64,000 nt of DNA from Nannocystales bacterium (GCA_050633305.1 JBOEGF010000043.1:32001-96000), one strand, 5' to 3'; shown: positions 28,114 through 38,527, counted from the stretch's first letter. Made by a program: numbers and translations. The notes: generated by a model not told the origin, from the letters alone.

Positions 28114-29274
28114 TCAGCTGAGGCGAGACTTGTAGTCCTCGTACCCGAAGCGTCGGTGCACGGTGATGGCGCCCGTTTGGGGGTCTGCCGTCGCGATGGA
28201 GGGGAGCCGGACGCCGTTGAACGTCGTGGTCTTGACCATCGTGTAGTGGATCATGTCCTCGAAGATCAGCTTGTCCCCTACTGAGAGGGGCTTCTCGAAG
28301 CTCCATTCTCCGATCACATCCCCCGCCAAACAGGTCAGACCGCCTAGGCGATAGCGGTGCGGGTGGGTGTCCGGGTCGTGCCCGCCGACGATCTGCGGCC
28401 GATACGGCATCTCCAGGACGTCCGGCATGTGGGCGGTGGCGGACGTGTCGAGGATCGCGGTCAGGCCGTCGTTGTCGACGATGTCGAGGACCGAGGCGAC
28501 CAGCACCCCGGTGTTTAGACCAATCGCTTCGCCGGGCTCAAGGTAGACCTGCACATCGTGGCGTTGCGCGAAGTCGCGGCACAACGAGATGAGCAGCTCT
28601 GTGTCGTAACCCGGCCGCGTGATGTGGTGGCCGCCGCCAAAGTTCACCCACTGCACTTGAGGCAGGAGGTGCCCAAACTTGGCCTCAAACGCCGCCAGAG
28701 TCCGTTGCAGCGCATCGGAGCCGAGTTCGCAGAGCGTGTGAAAGTGCAGCCCGCTGACGCCGTCCAACTCCACGCCCGCAAGCGCTGCCGCGGTGGTGCC
28801 CAGCCGGGACCCGGGCGCCGCGGGGTCGTACAACGCGACCTCGACCTCCCGGTGCTCATGGTTGAGCCGCAGTCCGAGCTCGACCCGAGTCCCCGTCTTC
28901 GCTTCATGAGCGTCCCGGCGTGGGCGTAGACGTTGCAGCTGGCTGGGCGAGTTGATGACGATGTGGCCGCACAGCTCGAGAAGCTCGTCGAAATCCGCAT
29001 CGGCATAGGCGGGCGCGGTCGCGTGGACCTCCCCGCCGAACGTCTCGCGCCCCAGTCGGGCCTCGTGGGTGGAACTCGACGTGACACCGGGCAGGCTCTG
29101 CTTCACCCGATCGAAGGTGCTCCACATCGCGAAGCCCTTGAGTGCGAGCAGGATCTTGCAACCCGACTCGCGCTGGACGTGCTCGAGGATCTTCAGGTTG
29201 CGCTCGAGCGCCCCGAGGTCGCAGACGAACGCGGGTGTCTCCAGCTGCGTGATGTCGTAGTCGAAGACGCCCAT
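28114..29274 (-). CDS. nspC: Carboxynorspermidine decarboxylase
   Basis: LLALKGF, SGLHFHTLCE, NFGGGHHITR, HMPDVLEMPY, TCLAGD, HYTMVKTTTFNG. Confidence 0.96.
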   Translation of the reverse strand: MGVFDYDITQLETPAFVCDLGALERNLKILEHVQRESGCKILLALKGFAMWSTFDRVKQSLPGVTSSSTHEARLGRETFGGEVHATAPAYADADFDELLELCGHIVINSPSQLQRLRPRRDAHEAKTGTRVELGLRLNHEHREVEVALYDPAAPGSRLGTTAAALAGVELDGVSGLHFHTLCELGSDALQRTLAAFEAKFGHLLPQVQWVNFGGGHHITRPGYDTELLISLCRDFAQRHDVQVYLEPGEAIGLNTGVLVASVLDIVDNDGLTAILDTSATAHMPDVLEMPYRPQIVGGHDPDTHPHRYRLGGLTCLAGDVIGEWSFEKPLSVGDKLIFEDMIHYTMVKTTTFNGVRLPSIATADPQTGAITVHRRFGYEDYKSRLS

Positions 29275-29278
29275 CGAG

Positions 29279-30472
29279 CTAGCCTTCGAGTTCGCGCACG
29301 TGCCAGGGCAGGCCGGACTCCGCCAACCGCTTGAGGAACGGCGCGGAGTCGAACTGCTCCATGTGCCAAACCCCGGGCTTCATCCACTGCCCCGTCAGCA
29401 TCATTTCGGCGCCAACCGTGGCCGGGACGCCGGTCGTGTACGAGACCGCCTGTGCCCGGACTTCCTTGTAGGTCTCGGCGTGGTCGCACGTGTTGTAGAC
29501 GAACACGGTCTTGTCGGCGCCATCCTTCTTGCCCTTGACCAGGCAGCCGATCGACGTCTTTCCGGTGTAGTTCGCGGCCAGGCTGGCGGGGTCGGGAAGC
29601 AGCGCCTTGAGGAACTCGATCGGGATGATCTCGCGCCCCTGAAACTGGATCGGTTCGATGCTGGTCATGCCAACGTTCTGCAGGACCTCGAGGTGCTTGA
29701 TGTAGGCGTCACCGAACGTCATCCAGAAGCGGAGCCGCTGCAGACCGGGGATGTGCTGGACCAGTGACTCGAGCTCCTCGTGATACAGGAGGTACGCCTT
29801 TCGCACGCCGACTTCGGGGAAGTCGAAGTCCATGCTCTGCGACATGGCCTCGATCTCCTTCCACTCGCCGCGTTCCCAGTACTTTCCTTTCTGCGTGATC
29901 TCCCGGATGTTGATCTCGGGGTTGAAGTTCGTTGCGAACGCGTGGCCGTGGTCGCCTCCGTTGCAGTCGAGGATGTCGATCGTCTCGATGGTGTCGAGCA
30001 GGTTGTCGCGGGCGTGAGCGCAGAACACGTTGGTCACGCCCGGGTCGAAGCCCGATCCCATGAGTGCCATGAGGCCGGCCTTCTCGAACCGCTCCCGGTA
30101 GGCCCACTGCCACTTGTATTCGAACTTGGCTTCGTCCCGTGGCTCGTAGTTCGCGGTGTCCATGTAGTGGACCCCCGTCTCCAGGCACGCGTCCATGATC
30201 GTGAGATCCTGGTAGGGCAGGGCGACGTTGATGACCAGCGCTGGACCGAACTCCCGGATGAGGGCGACCGTCTGCGGGACGTCGTCGGCATCGACGGCTG
30301 CCGTCGCGATGTCGCGGCCTGTCAGCTCCTTGACCGACGCCGCGATCGCGTCGCAGCGGCTCTTGGTACGGCTTGCGAGAAGGATCTCGCCGAACACGTC
30401 CGGGTTCTTGGCACACTTGTGGGCAACGACACCGCCGACGCCACCCGCTCCGATGATGAGGACCTTATGCAT
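29279..30472 (-). CDS. Carboxynorspermidine synthase (saccharopine dehydrogenase family)
   Basis: VLIIGAGGVG, NVALPYQDL, DTANYEP, GFDPGVTN, FATNFNPEIN; directly upstream of nspC. Confidence 0.93.
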   Translation of the reverse strand: MHKVLIIGAGGVGGVVAHKCAKNPDVFGEILLASRTKSRCDAIAASVKELTGRDIATAAVDADDVPQTVALIREFGPALVINVALPYQDLTIMDACLETGVHYMDTANYEPRDEAKFEYKWQWAYRERFEKAGLMALMGSGFDPGVTNVFCAHARDNLLDTIETIDILDCNGGDHGHAFATNFNPEINIREITQKGKYWERGEWKEIEAMSQSMDFDFPEVGVRKAYLLYHEELESLVQHIPGLQRLRFWMTFGDAYIKHLEVLQNVGMTSIEPIQFQGREIIPIEFLKALLPDPASLAANYTGKTSIGCLVKGKKDGADKTVFVYNTCDHAETYKEVRAQAVSYTTGVPATVGAEMMLTGQWMKPGVWHMEQFDSAPFLKRLAESGLPWHVRELEG

Positions 30473-30552
30473 GGAGAAAGCGCCGCAGGTTAACACCTTT
30501 GGCGCAGGCCAAATCCTGCGCAGGTACCGCGGCGGAAGCGTATGATGCGGCC

Positions 30553-31428
30553 GTGAGCGTCCTGCTTCGCGTCGCCTACGACGGCACGGACTTCCATGGG
30601 TATGCGGCACAGAAACCGCGCCCCGATGGCTCCGAGATCCGGACCGTGCAGGTCGAGATCGAGAAAGCTCTCGCGGCGCTGTACAAGACCGCGTTGAGGG
30701 CCCGGACTGCGTCGCGGACCGATGCCGGGGTTCATGCGCTCGGGCAGCTGGTCGCCTTTGATCCCCCGACTCACATCCCGATGCCGGGACTTGTACGGGG
30801 CCTCAACTCCAAGATCCCCGATGACGTCGTCATCGTAGCCGCATGGGAGGAACCCGGCTTCATCGACGTACGCCACGGGAGTGAGGGCAAGTACTACCGC
30901 TATCGGATCCGTTGCACGGAGGTCCGCGACCCGATTCATCGTCGACAAGAGTGGAACCTGGGGCGGCGACTGGACCCGCGACCCATGAAGAGTGCTGCGG
31001 CCTCCTTTCCCGGGCGCCACGACTACGCGAGCTTCCGGGCCTCTGGTTGTCAGTCCAAAACCACCGAGCGGGTCGTCGAACAGGTCGAAATCACACATGG
31101 AGCGACCGCTCTGGGCCCGATGGGGGATCTGGGACGACTCGATGCTCGGGTGCGCAGGGGTGAGGCCGAACCGGGTCCCGCGTCCGCCTGGGGGCCGGAT
31201 TGGCTCGAGGTGCACGTGTGGGGCCAGGCCTTCCTCATGAACATGGTGCGGATCATGGTCGGCACCTTGGTGGAGGTCGGACTGGGCCGGCGCGCACCCA
31301 CATCGATCGACGAGTTGTTCGAGACCCCGGACCGGACGAAGGCGGGGATCACCGCTCCTGCGTGTGGTCTCACGCTGGTCGAGGTGCGATGGCCTCCCGA
31401 GGGGGAACGGATCCGCAACCGTAGTTGA
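30553..31428 (+). CDS. truA: tRNA pseudouridine(38-40) synthase
   Basis: VAYDGTDFHG, ASRTDAGVHALGQ, AFLMNMVRIMVG, TAPACGLTL. Confidence 0.96.
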   Translation: MSVLLRVAYDGTDFHGYAAQKPRPDGSEIRTVQVEIEKALAALYKTALRARTASRTDAGVHALGQLVAFDPPTHIPMPGLVRGLNSKIPDDVVIVAAWEEPGFIDVRHGSEGKYYRYRIRCTEVRDPIHRRQEWNLGRRLDPRPMKSAAASFPGRHDYASFRASGCQSKTTERVVEQVEITHGATALGPMGDLGRLDARVRRGEAEPGPASAWGPDWLEVHVWGQAFLMNMVRIMVGTLVEVGLGRRAPTSIDELFETPDRTKAGITAPACGLTLVEVRWPPEGERIRNRS

Positions 31429-31463
31429 CAGGCGCGGCGAGGGAGTCGAGGCTTGCCGGCGAG

Positions 31464-32063
31464 ATGGACGCGGTACCCAAGTCCCGACGCGAGCAGAAGA
31501 AAGCCGAGGTGCGCGACGCACTGGTGCAGGCCGCGGACACACTGTTCGTCGAACAGGGCTACGAGGGCACGACGGTCGATCAGATCGCCGAGCGCGCCGG
31601 CGTCTCCCGCCGCACCTTTTTCCGGTACTTCCCGAGCAAAGAGGCCATCGCGTTCCCGCGCGCCGAGGAGCGTCGTGACGCGTTCCGCACCCTGCTGCAG
31701 GAGCGGTTCGCCGAGCAGGACGCGTTGCCCGCAGTTCGAGCTGCCTGCCTCGAGGTTGGCAAGATGATGGTCTCCACTGCCGAGGAAGAACTGCGGCGTC
31801 AGAACGTGGTCGACGCGTCGCCCACGCTTCTCGCTGCCGACCTCGAAATCTACCGCGCGTGGGAGCAGGTCATCGCGGAAGCCGTGACTCGAAGCGGCGA
31901 TGCGGAGCGGGCGCGACTGGGCAAGCTGTTTGCCGCCGCGACGATCGGCATCGTGCGTTCGGTGTTGCGGGCCTGGTTTGACGCGGGTTGCAAAGGCGAT
32001 GTGATCGCGATGGCCGAGGAGGCTTTTGGGTTGCTCGAGACCGGCTTCGGCGGTCGTCTTTGA
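31464..32063 (+). CDS. TetR-family regulator
   Basis: LFVEQGYEGTTVDQIAERAGVSRRTFFRYFPSKE. Confidence 0.95.
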   Translation: MDAVPKSRREQKKAEVRDALVQAADTLFVEQGYEGTTVDQIAERAGVSRRTFFRYFPSKEAIAFPRAEERRDAFRTLLQERFAEQDALPAVRAACLEVGKMMVSTAEEELRRQNVVDASPTLLAADLEIYRAWEQVIAEAVTRSGDAERARLGKLFAAATIGIVRSVLRAWFDAGCKGDVIAMAEEAFGLLETGFGGRL

Positions 32064-32156
32064 CGCCCTGCCGCTTTCGCAACGCGTTGGCCCTGCGGTT
32101 GTTGTTCGCGTCGGCTGAAAGTTTTGTGATGTGTCGCGCGTAGGCGATCAAGTGGC

Positions 32157-33773
32157 ATGGCGGACACCGGCGAACGCGATCTAAAGGCCTCCGGCCGGAT
32201 CAGCGTGGCGATCTTTGGCTCGCGCCTGCTTGGACTCGCCCGAGAGATGGTGTTCGCCGCGCTGTTTGGCGCCGGCGCGGTTGCCGACGCGTTTCTCGTT
32301 GCGTTCCGGATCCCCAACCTGTTGCGGGACCTTCTCGCCGAGGGGGCGCTCAGTGCCGCCTTCGTTCCCACGTTCACCGCGACTCTCAAGCAGGACGGAG
32401 AGGAGGCCGCCGCACGACTCGGAAACCTGATGTTCGGGGGGATGCTGGTGCTCACCGGTGCTCTCACGGGACTCGCGCTGGTGTTCGCAGAGCCGCTTGT
32501 CGGGTTCATCTCGGGTTTTCCCGATCCGAGCAAGGTCGAGTTGGCGGCCACGTTGACCCGGATCATGCTGCCGCTGCTGTGCACGGTGTCGCTCGCCGCA
32601 GTGTGGATGGGCATGCTCAATGCGCAGCGCCGCTTCGTCGTGCCCGCCCTCGCGCCCGCGATGTTCAACCTCGTCTCGCTCAGCGCGGGCGCCGGGGTGT
32701 GGATGCTCGGCGCCGACATTCGCGCGGGCGTGATGGTTTGGTCGGGGGGTACGATGCTCGCTGGCCTGACCCAAGCGGGCATGCAGCTCGTCGCGCTGTG
32801 GCGCCTGGGACAGAGGCCGACCCCGACGCTGCGTGGGATCACGTCCAACGCTGGGGTTCGCCGCGTCGTGCGATTGATGGGCCCGGCCGTGGTCGGCGTG
32901 GCTGCGGTTCAGATCAACGTCATCATCAACACAAAGTTCAGCGGGTTGCTCGGTGATGGCCCCGTCGCGCTGCTGTCGTATGCGTTTCGCCTGTTCTTCC
33001 TGCCCTTGGGCGTCTTTGGTGTGGCCTTGGCGACCGTCACGACCACCTCGGTCTCCGAAGCGGCGGCCGATGGGGAGAGCTCCGAGATCGCACGGAGGGC
33101 AGGGGACAGCTCCGCGGCGGCGTGGATGCTCGCGGGCGCGAGCGCGGTCGGCTTGTGGGTGCTCGCCGAGCCGGTCTGCTCGCTCGTCTACCAGATGGGG
33201 GAGACCGGGCCGACCGAGGTCGCCGCGATTGCAGCGTGTCTGCAGTCGTACGTGATCGGGCTGGCACCGTACAGCTTGGTGAAAGTCTTGGCGCCGTCGT
33301 TCTACGCGGTCGACAAACCCCGTGTTCCACTGCTGGCCTCGACGACTGGGGTGCTCGTCAACATCGTGTTCAACGCGCTGACGTTTCGCCAGCTGGGAGC
33401 GCCCGGCATCGCGTTGGGCACCGCCTTGGGAGCCACGACGAACGTCATCATCCTGCGGATCGCGTTCCATCGCAGCTTCGGTCCGATGTTCACATCGGGC
33501 GGTGCCCGCAGGGTCGGGGGACTTCTCGTGAGCCTGCTGGTGTTGGGGGCGGCGTCGTTGGGCGGCCGGTGGGCGCTGCTCGAGTTGCAGGCCTGGGTGC
33601 CGTGGGCTGGGCTGGTCGGCAAGGCTGCACTGGGTACAGCGTTGGTCGTGGTGATCGGGGTCGCGTTCTTGGCCTACACGGCCGCCCTTCGGGCGTTTGG
33701 GTACCCCGGAGCGGAGATGCTGTGGCGGTTGCCGGCCGGGCTGTGGCGGCGTATCGCCAGACGTCGAGCGTAG
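32157..33773 (+). CDS. murJ: Lipid II flippase MurJ
   Basis: SRLLGLARE, DAFLVAFRIPNLLRDLLAEGALSAAFVP, YAFRLFFLPLGVFG. Confidence 0.96.
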   Translation: MADTGERDLKASGRISVAIFGSRLLGLAREMVFAALFGAGAVADAFLVAFRIPNLLRDLLAEGALSAAFVPTFTATLKQDGEEAAARLGNLMFGGMLVLTGALTGLALVFAEPLVGFISGFPDPSKVELAATLTRIMLPLLCTVSLAAVWMGMLNAQRRFVVPALAPAMFNLVSLSAGAGVWMLGADIRAGVMVWSGGTMLAGLTQAGMQLVALWRLGQRPTPTLRGITSNAGVRRVVRLMGPAVVGVAAVQINVIINTKFSGLLGDGPVALLSYAFRLFFLPLGVFGVALATVTTTSVSEAAADGESSEIARRAGDSSAAAWMLAGASAVGLWVLAEPVCSLVYQMGETGPTEVAAIAACLQSYVIGLAPYSLVKVLAPSFYAVDKPRVPLLASTTGVLVNIVFNALTFRQLGAPGIALGTALGATTNVIILRIAFHRSFGPMFTSGGARRVGGLLVSLLVLGAASLGGRWALLELQAWVPWAGLVGKAALGTALVVVIGVAFLAYTAALRAFGYPGAEMLWRLPAGLWRRIARRRA

Positions 33774-33774
33774 G

Positions 33775-34321
33775 CCTCGTCAGCTGCTTCTCTTCGTCGA
33801 CGGTGAGCAAGTCGAGGCGGAGCTCGTGGAGCGACTCTCCGGCAGCGCCTCCGTCGGCTCCGCCCACGGTGGGCTCGTGCTTTGTCGTCGAGCCGGAGTG
33901 GACCGACGCTGATCTGTTCCCCGGCGGAGACTGTGCGGGTGCACCCATTGATCCTCTGCCGCCGCTCCCGGCTCCACTCGACCCCGTCGAGGGAACGAGC
34001 GGCGGGGTCGGGACGAGCGGGGACGGGTCCAGGGGGGGGGGCGAAACCACGACCGGTGTCGACACCACCAATGGCCTCGGCACGGGGTCTTCGAGCGGCA
34101 CGGCGATGACGCCGTCGTCAACCTCCAGCCCACCGCCCGAGCCATCTGGCGATTCTGGGAGCGGGGACGGGTCCTCACAGACTTCCGGCGCCGCCGACTC
34201 GTCCGGGAATGGTCGCGGGTGCAACGTGACGCGTTCGAGTCCTCCGACCCCCTGGCTCGCCGTGTTCCTGGTCGGGCTCGCCAGGGTCCGACGTCGCAAA
34301 GGCGCGGGCGAGCCTGTGTAG
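33775..34321 (+). pseudogene. Orphan 3' fragment ending in a MYXO-CTERM sorting signal
   Basis: G/S/T linker then GCNVTRSSPPTPWLAVFLVGLARVRRRK; no signal peptide or convincing start; begins immediately after the murJ stop. Confidence 0.55.
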
Positions 34322-34392
34322 ACTCCGCGCCATGCGGGCCGTCGACGTCGGCGGATCGATACACACGGCGGGCTATGCTTCTTGCACTCGCC

Positions 34393-34659
34393 ATGTGCCG
34401 GAACATCAAGACCCTCTTCAACTTCGACCCGCCTGCCACCGACGACGAGATCGAGGCTGCGGCGCTTCAATTCGTGCGGAAGCTGAGCGGCTTCAACAAG
34501 CCGTCGCGGGTCAACGAGGAGGTGTTCCATGCCTCGGTCGCCCGCGTCGCCGCGGTCGCACGCGAGCTCTTGTCCGCACTCGAGACCAAGGCTCCTGCCA
34601 AAGACCGGGAGGTCGAGGCTGCCAAGGCCAAGGAGCGCGCCGCAAAACGCTTCGCCTAG
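34393..34659 (+). CDS. DUF2277-family protein
   Basis: MCRNIKTLFNFDPPATDDEIEAAALQFVRKLSG. Confidence 0.88.
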   Translation: MCRNIKTLFNFDPPATDDEIEAAALQFVRKLSGFNKPSRVNEEVFHASVARVAAVARELLSALETKAPAKDREVEAAKAKERAAKRFA

Positions 34660-34709
34660 CCAGAGCGGGAGTTCGTGGCGCGGCCGGTCGGGCGTGCGCT
34701 CCTCGTCGT

Positions 34710-35018
34710 ATGATCCCCACCATGCAATGCCCCAAGTGCGAGACCTCGATGACCCGGGGCGTGGTCGACACACGGACGAGCGGGCTGACGCACTTTGTCA
34801 CCGGGGACCACGGCTTGGGGTCACGCATGGTCTTCGAGGCCACGGACAGCGGAGAAACGAGCGACATCGGAATGTCGTGCGCTGCGTACCGATGCTCGGA
34901 GTGTCAGTGCCTCGTTGTCCCAGGGCCCGAGTCCGAGGAGTTGTTGCAGTGCTTCGAGTGCGAAGCCGAGATCCCCGCGGATGCCACGGCCTGCCCCAAG
35001 TGTGGCTGGACTTGGTGA
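34710..35018 (+). CDS. Small zinc-ribbon protein
   Basis: CPKC..CSEC..CFEC..CPKCG. Confidence 0.7.
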   Translation: MIPTMQCPKCETSMTRGVVDTRTSGLTHFVTGDHGLGSRMVFEATDSGETSDIGMSCAAYRCSECQCLVVPGPESEELLQCFECEAEIPADATACPKCGWTW

Positions 35019-35089
35019 GGCGTGCCCGGGTCGCGGCTCGAGCCGGTGCGCGCGCATGTCTCCCGACGATCAGCGTATCCTCGGAGCCG

Positions 35090-35671
35090 ATGGGCTCGTT
35101 GCGGATCCTGTTGTTGACGCACGAGCACGAGCTGACCAAGCGGACCAACACCGGTCGCGTGGTGCTCGAGGCACTCGGCAACGTCGCCAGGCGGATCGTC
35201 TGGCAGCGCACGGCGCCCGAGGCTGAGCTACTGCGCGCGATCGAGGCGGGCGGCGCAGCGCTGGTCTGGCCATCGGTTGCGCAAGGTGGCGCTGCGCCGG
35301 TTCGGGAACCGAATACCTTCGTCGTGATCGACGGGACCTGGCAGCAGGCCCGAAAAATGTACAATCGAAGCCCCTACCTACACGGGCTGCCGACCGTTGC
35401 ACTGCAGCCAACCGAGCCCTCGATCTACACACTCCGCCGCAACCAGGTCAGTGGCGGCCTGTGTACGGCTGAAGCGGTGGCGTGCCTTCTGGAGCGCCCC
35501 GAGCTGGCCCGGCACGGTGGGGCCCCATTCGCGCGCGCCATCACGGCGCATCTCCGCTCGTTTATCGCGGACGCCGGCGACATCGCGAGGCGGCACCGAA
35601 CCGTGTCGACGCCTCTCGCCGAGTCGGGAGGCGGCGAGGCATCCTCAGGGTCGACGTGTTGCAGCGAGTGA
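35090..35671 (+). CDS. DTW-domain tRNA-uridine aminocarboxypropyltransferase (TapT-like)
   Basis: LLTHEHELTKRTNTG, VIDGTWQQARKM, LCTAEA. Confidence 0.88.
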   Translation: MGSLRILLLTHEHELTKRTNTGRVVLEALGNVARRIVWQRTAPEAELLRAIEAGGAALVWPSVAQGGAAPVREPNTFVVIDGTWQQARKMYNRSPYLHGLPTVALQPTEPSIYTLRRNQVSGGLCTAEAVACLLERPELARHGGAPFARAITAHLRSFIADAGDIARRHRTVSTPLAESGGGEASSGSTCCSE

Positions 35672-35851
35672 GCAGGGCGTGGGAGTCGGGTCGGGGTCCC
35701 ACGGAATCGGAACGCATGCCCGGGGGAGGGGCGCGACCCCTGGGGCCAGGCGCTGCCGATCGTGTCATGGCCTCTACGTTGAGCGCAGCTGTGTGCGGCC
35801 AACCTGGCCGATCCATTGACACGGGCGCCTCATCGCGACGACCGTGGGCTC

Positions 35852-36481
35852 ATGGTGACCGGTCTGCGTGTCATGAGCGTCCTGGGTCTGTCGTTGAGCC
35901 TGTTCGTAGGGGGGTGCGATGACGACCCCCAGGATGGGGGCGGGGATGACGGTACGACGGGGGCGGAGCAGACGGGCCCCAGTCCTACAGCAGGCGCTGA
36001 CGGGGGAGGCCCCGGGAGCGGCTCTGGGAGTACGGGGGGCGCGGCCGAGAGCGGCAGTGAAACGGGCGCTGAGTCGGCGAGCATGGGCGAGACCGGGGCG
36101 GCCGAGACGTCCGGGGACGGCGGTACGACGGGCGAAGGCGAGACGGGGGCTGCCGAGGGAAGCACGGGTGGGGAAGTGGCCTTCGACGAAGAGTTCATCT
36201 GGGTGGCCGACTTCATGCTCGCCAACTGTGTGGCGTGCCACGCCACGGATGCCAACGGGATGCTGCTCCTGCCCGACGCGACGCTGGGCTACGAAGATGT
36301 CCGGCTGGCCCTCGACGGGGTCACTGCGAACACGGGACTCTTGCTCGTCGAACCTCTCGACCGCAACGCCAGCCAGACGTACCTACAGATCACCAACGAG
36401 TTCGGCGCCCAGTTCCCGGTCGAGGACACCGACCGGTTTGGTGCATGGATCGACGCCGGCGCGCCATACTACGCCGAGTAG
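35852..36481 (+). CDS. Lipoprotein with a C-terminal c-type heme domain
   Basis: Lipobox VGGC; G/T/E linker; NCVACH; WIDAGAP. Confidence 0.72.
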   Translation: MVTGLRVMSVLGLSLSLFVGGCDDDPQDGGGDDGTTGAEQTGPSPTAGADGGGPGSGSGSTGGAAESGSETGAESASMGETGAAETSGDGGTTGEGETGAAEGSTGGEVAFDEEFIWVADFMLANCVACHATDANGMLLLPDATLGYEDVRLALDGVTANTGLLLVEPLDRNASQTYLQITNEFGAQFPVEDTDRFGAWIDAGAPYYAE

Positions 36482-36598
36482 CACCTCTACCGATTCGGCC
36501 GTGGGGGTCCTCGTTGGTCCCCGACAACAGCCACGCACGCGTGGTCCATCCAGGGTGCCTATCGCGGTGGGCCGTTGGGGACTTACCATCGCAGCTCC

Positions 36599-37291
36599 GT
36601 GGCAGACGCGCTCCACAAGCAGGTTGGCTGGTACACGGCCGAGATCGACTTCAAGGGATCGGTGTTCGTCGACGGCGGGGCCAACGAGGGCGCGCTCCTG
36701 CATGCCCTATGGGACGCGGTCGGCGGAGGCTTCGAGGTCCACGCGGTCGAGCCGTTGGACGAGAACCTGGACAAGCTTCGGGCGCGGATGCCCGAGGGGG
36801 CAGGGTGGAACGTGCACTCGGCTGTGCTCACGGACCGTGACGAGCTGCGTTCGGTTCGGGTCGAAGAGGATGGCCTCAGTGGACACAACTGTGTCGTGCG
36901 TAGCGCAGGAGGCGATCGGGACGTTCCGGGGCGTCGTTTGTCCACGTTGGTACCCCACGCCACCGTCGTGAAGCTCGACGTCGAGGGACACGAGTACACG
37001 ATCCTCGATGAGGCCTTGGACGCCATGCCTGACGTGCGTGCGTGGGCGATCGAGTTTCATCGGTCTCAAGGGCGACCGCTGCAGGCGGCGCTCGGCGCCT
37101 TGGCGCAGCGAGGGTACGCGCTGCATGCTGCAGGCCGGCGCGCGGACGACCCCGCAGGCCCATGGATCTCCGCAGAAGTGCCCCCGTCGCTTCACTGGGG
37201 ACAGATTCCAGTTGCTCGCCGGAACGCGGACGGGTCCGTATTCAAGATGGTCCACATCATCGCGCGCCGCGAAGCCACATCGGTCGGGTAA
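36599..37291 (+). CDS. FkbM-family methyltransferase (start uncertain)
   Basis: FVDGGANEG, VHAVEP, VKLDVEGHEY. Confidence 0.85.
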   Translation: MADALHKQVGWYTAEIDFKGSVFVDGGANEGALLHALWDAVGGGFEVHAVEPLDENLDKLRARMPEGAGWNVHSAVLTDRDELRSVRVEEDGLSGHNCVVRSAGGDRDVPGRRLSTLVPHATVVKLDVEGHEYTILDEALDAMPDVRAWAIEFHRSQGRPLQAALGALAQRGYALHAAGRRADDPAGPWISAEVPPSLHWGQIPVARRNADGSVFKMVHIIARREATSVG

Positions 37292-37300
37292 GCTCGCCTC

Positions 37301-38527
37301 GTGACGCCGCACAGAGTCGGGTTGCTTCTGAGCGCGTGTGCCTTGGGAGGGTGCGCGCAGTCCTACTTTGCGAGCAGCGGCACCGATGGCGAGACCGAGA
37401 CCGAGTCAGGCTCGACCCGAGGGCCCGGTTCGGGGGGGGAAGGCCCGGTGGGCACGGAGTCCTCGGGCGAACCAGGCACCGAGACGACGTCCGTGACCCA
37501 GGGGGCGGGGACGTCGGAGTCGTCGGGCACGACCGGGGGGACCACCGCCGCGGTGTGTGGCGAGGGGGTCGACATCTACGAGGACGACTCGATGGCGGTT
37601 TGCCAACCCGCGGACACGACGACCGAGCGTATTGTGCAGTGTCTGTGCGCGTACGATCCTCCGCTGCTCGAGGAAGCCGGACGGCCCTCCGAGGCCACCG
37701 ACCTGCTCTACTACACCAACCGCTGGTACTCGATCGATCCGTGCTTCCCATTCACGCCGCCCTCGGCGTTGTTGGCCGATGTTCGCGAGACCTACATCAA
37801 TGCGGTCGACGACCTCGAGCCGGAGATGCTGCAGCAGTGCGGCGACTACGAGATCGAGATGGTCCAGCTCCCTCCAGCATTCACAAACGACAGCGACCAG
37901 CTGCTCTCCCATGCGTGGACCAGCCCCGCTCCGGCCGACTACCCCACGACGCTCGACGGGGACCCCGTGGGCCTCGAGGGGCAGGTCGGGTTCGCACCCA
38001 TGTTCGCCGCCGCAGCCGAGGACGGCATCGGGCTGTTTGTGCAGAGCGGGTTCCGCTCGATGGAGACCCAGGCCGACCTGTTCGAGTACTACGCGGGTGT
38101 CGAGGGCGACCCTTCCCTGGCAGCGGTGTATTCGGCTTGGCCCGCCCATTCTGAGCACCAACTCGGGACCACGGCGGATGTTGGGTACTTGGTCGATGGC
38201 GAGATGGTGAGCCCCTTCGATCCGCTGGAGTCCGACCTTCACGCGTCGGAGGCCTTCCTGTGGATTCGCGCCAACGCCCACCGCTTTGGAATCGTGACGA
38301 CCTACCAGCCCAGGCGTGTGCATGTGCATCAGTACAAGCCGGAGCCTTGGCACCTGAGGTTCGTCGGTGTCGAGGCGGCCGACCTGATGATCAGCTGTGG
38401 CTTGTCCACCGAGGAACTGCTGGCCTACCGCTACCGCATCGACCCGCTCCCAGAGTTCATGCACATGGACCTGGTGTACGACGCGGTCCTCGAGGGGGGC
38501 TGGGAGCCTGAGACCTGCGCGGACTGA
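37301..38527 (+). CDS. M15B (VanY-like) D-Ala-D-Ala carboxypeptidase lipoprotein
   Basis: SGFRS..Q, SEHQLGTTAD, NAHRFG, EPWHLRFVG; lipobox LGGC. Confidence 0.9.
   Translation: MTPHRVGLLLSACALGGCAQSYFASSGTDGETETESGSTRGPGSGGEGPVGTESSGEPGTETTSVTQGAGTSESSGTTGGTTAAVCGEGVDIYEDDSMAVCQPADTTTERIVQCLCAYDPPLLEEAGRPSEATDLLYYTNRWYSIDPCFPFTPPSALLADVRETYINAVDDLEPEMLQQCGDYEIEMVQLPPAFTNDSDQLLSHAWTSPAPADYPTTLDGDPVGLEGQVGFAPMFAAAAEDGIGLFVQSGFRSMETQADLFEYYAGVEGDPSLAAVYSAWPAHSEHQLGTTADVGYLVDGEMVSPFDPLESDLHASEAFLWIRANAHRFGIVTTYQPRRVHVHQYKPEPWHLRFVGVEAADLMISCGLSTEELLAYRYRIDPLPEFMHMDLVYDAVLEGGWEPETCAD

Noticed and set aside
36479..36598. Stop-codon readthrough fusing the cytochrome lipoprotein to the in-frame FkbM ORF
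   Set aside because: The intervening peptide looks non-coding, an in-frame GTG at 36599 gives a plausible start, and the two proteins belong in different compartments
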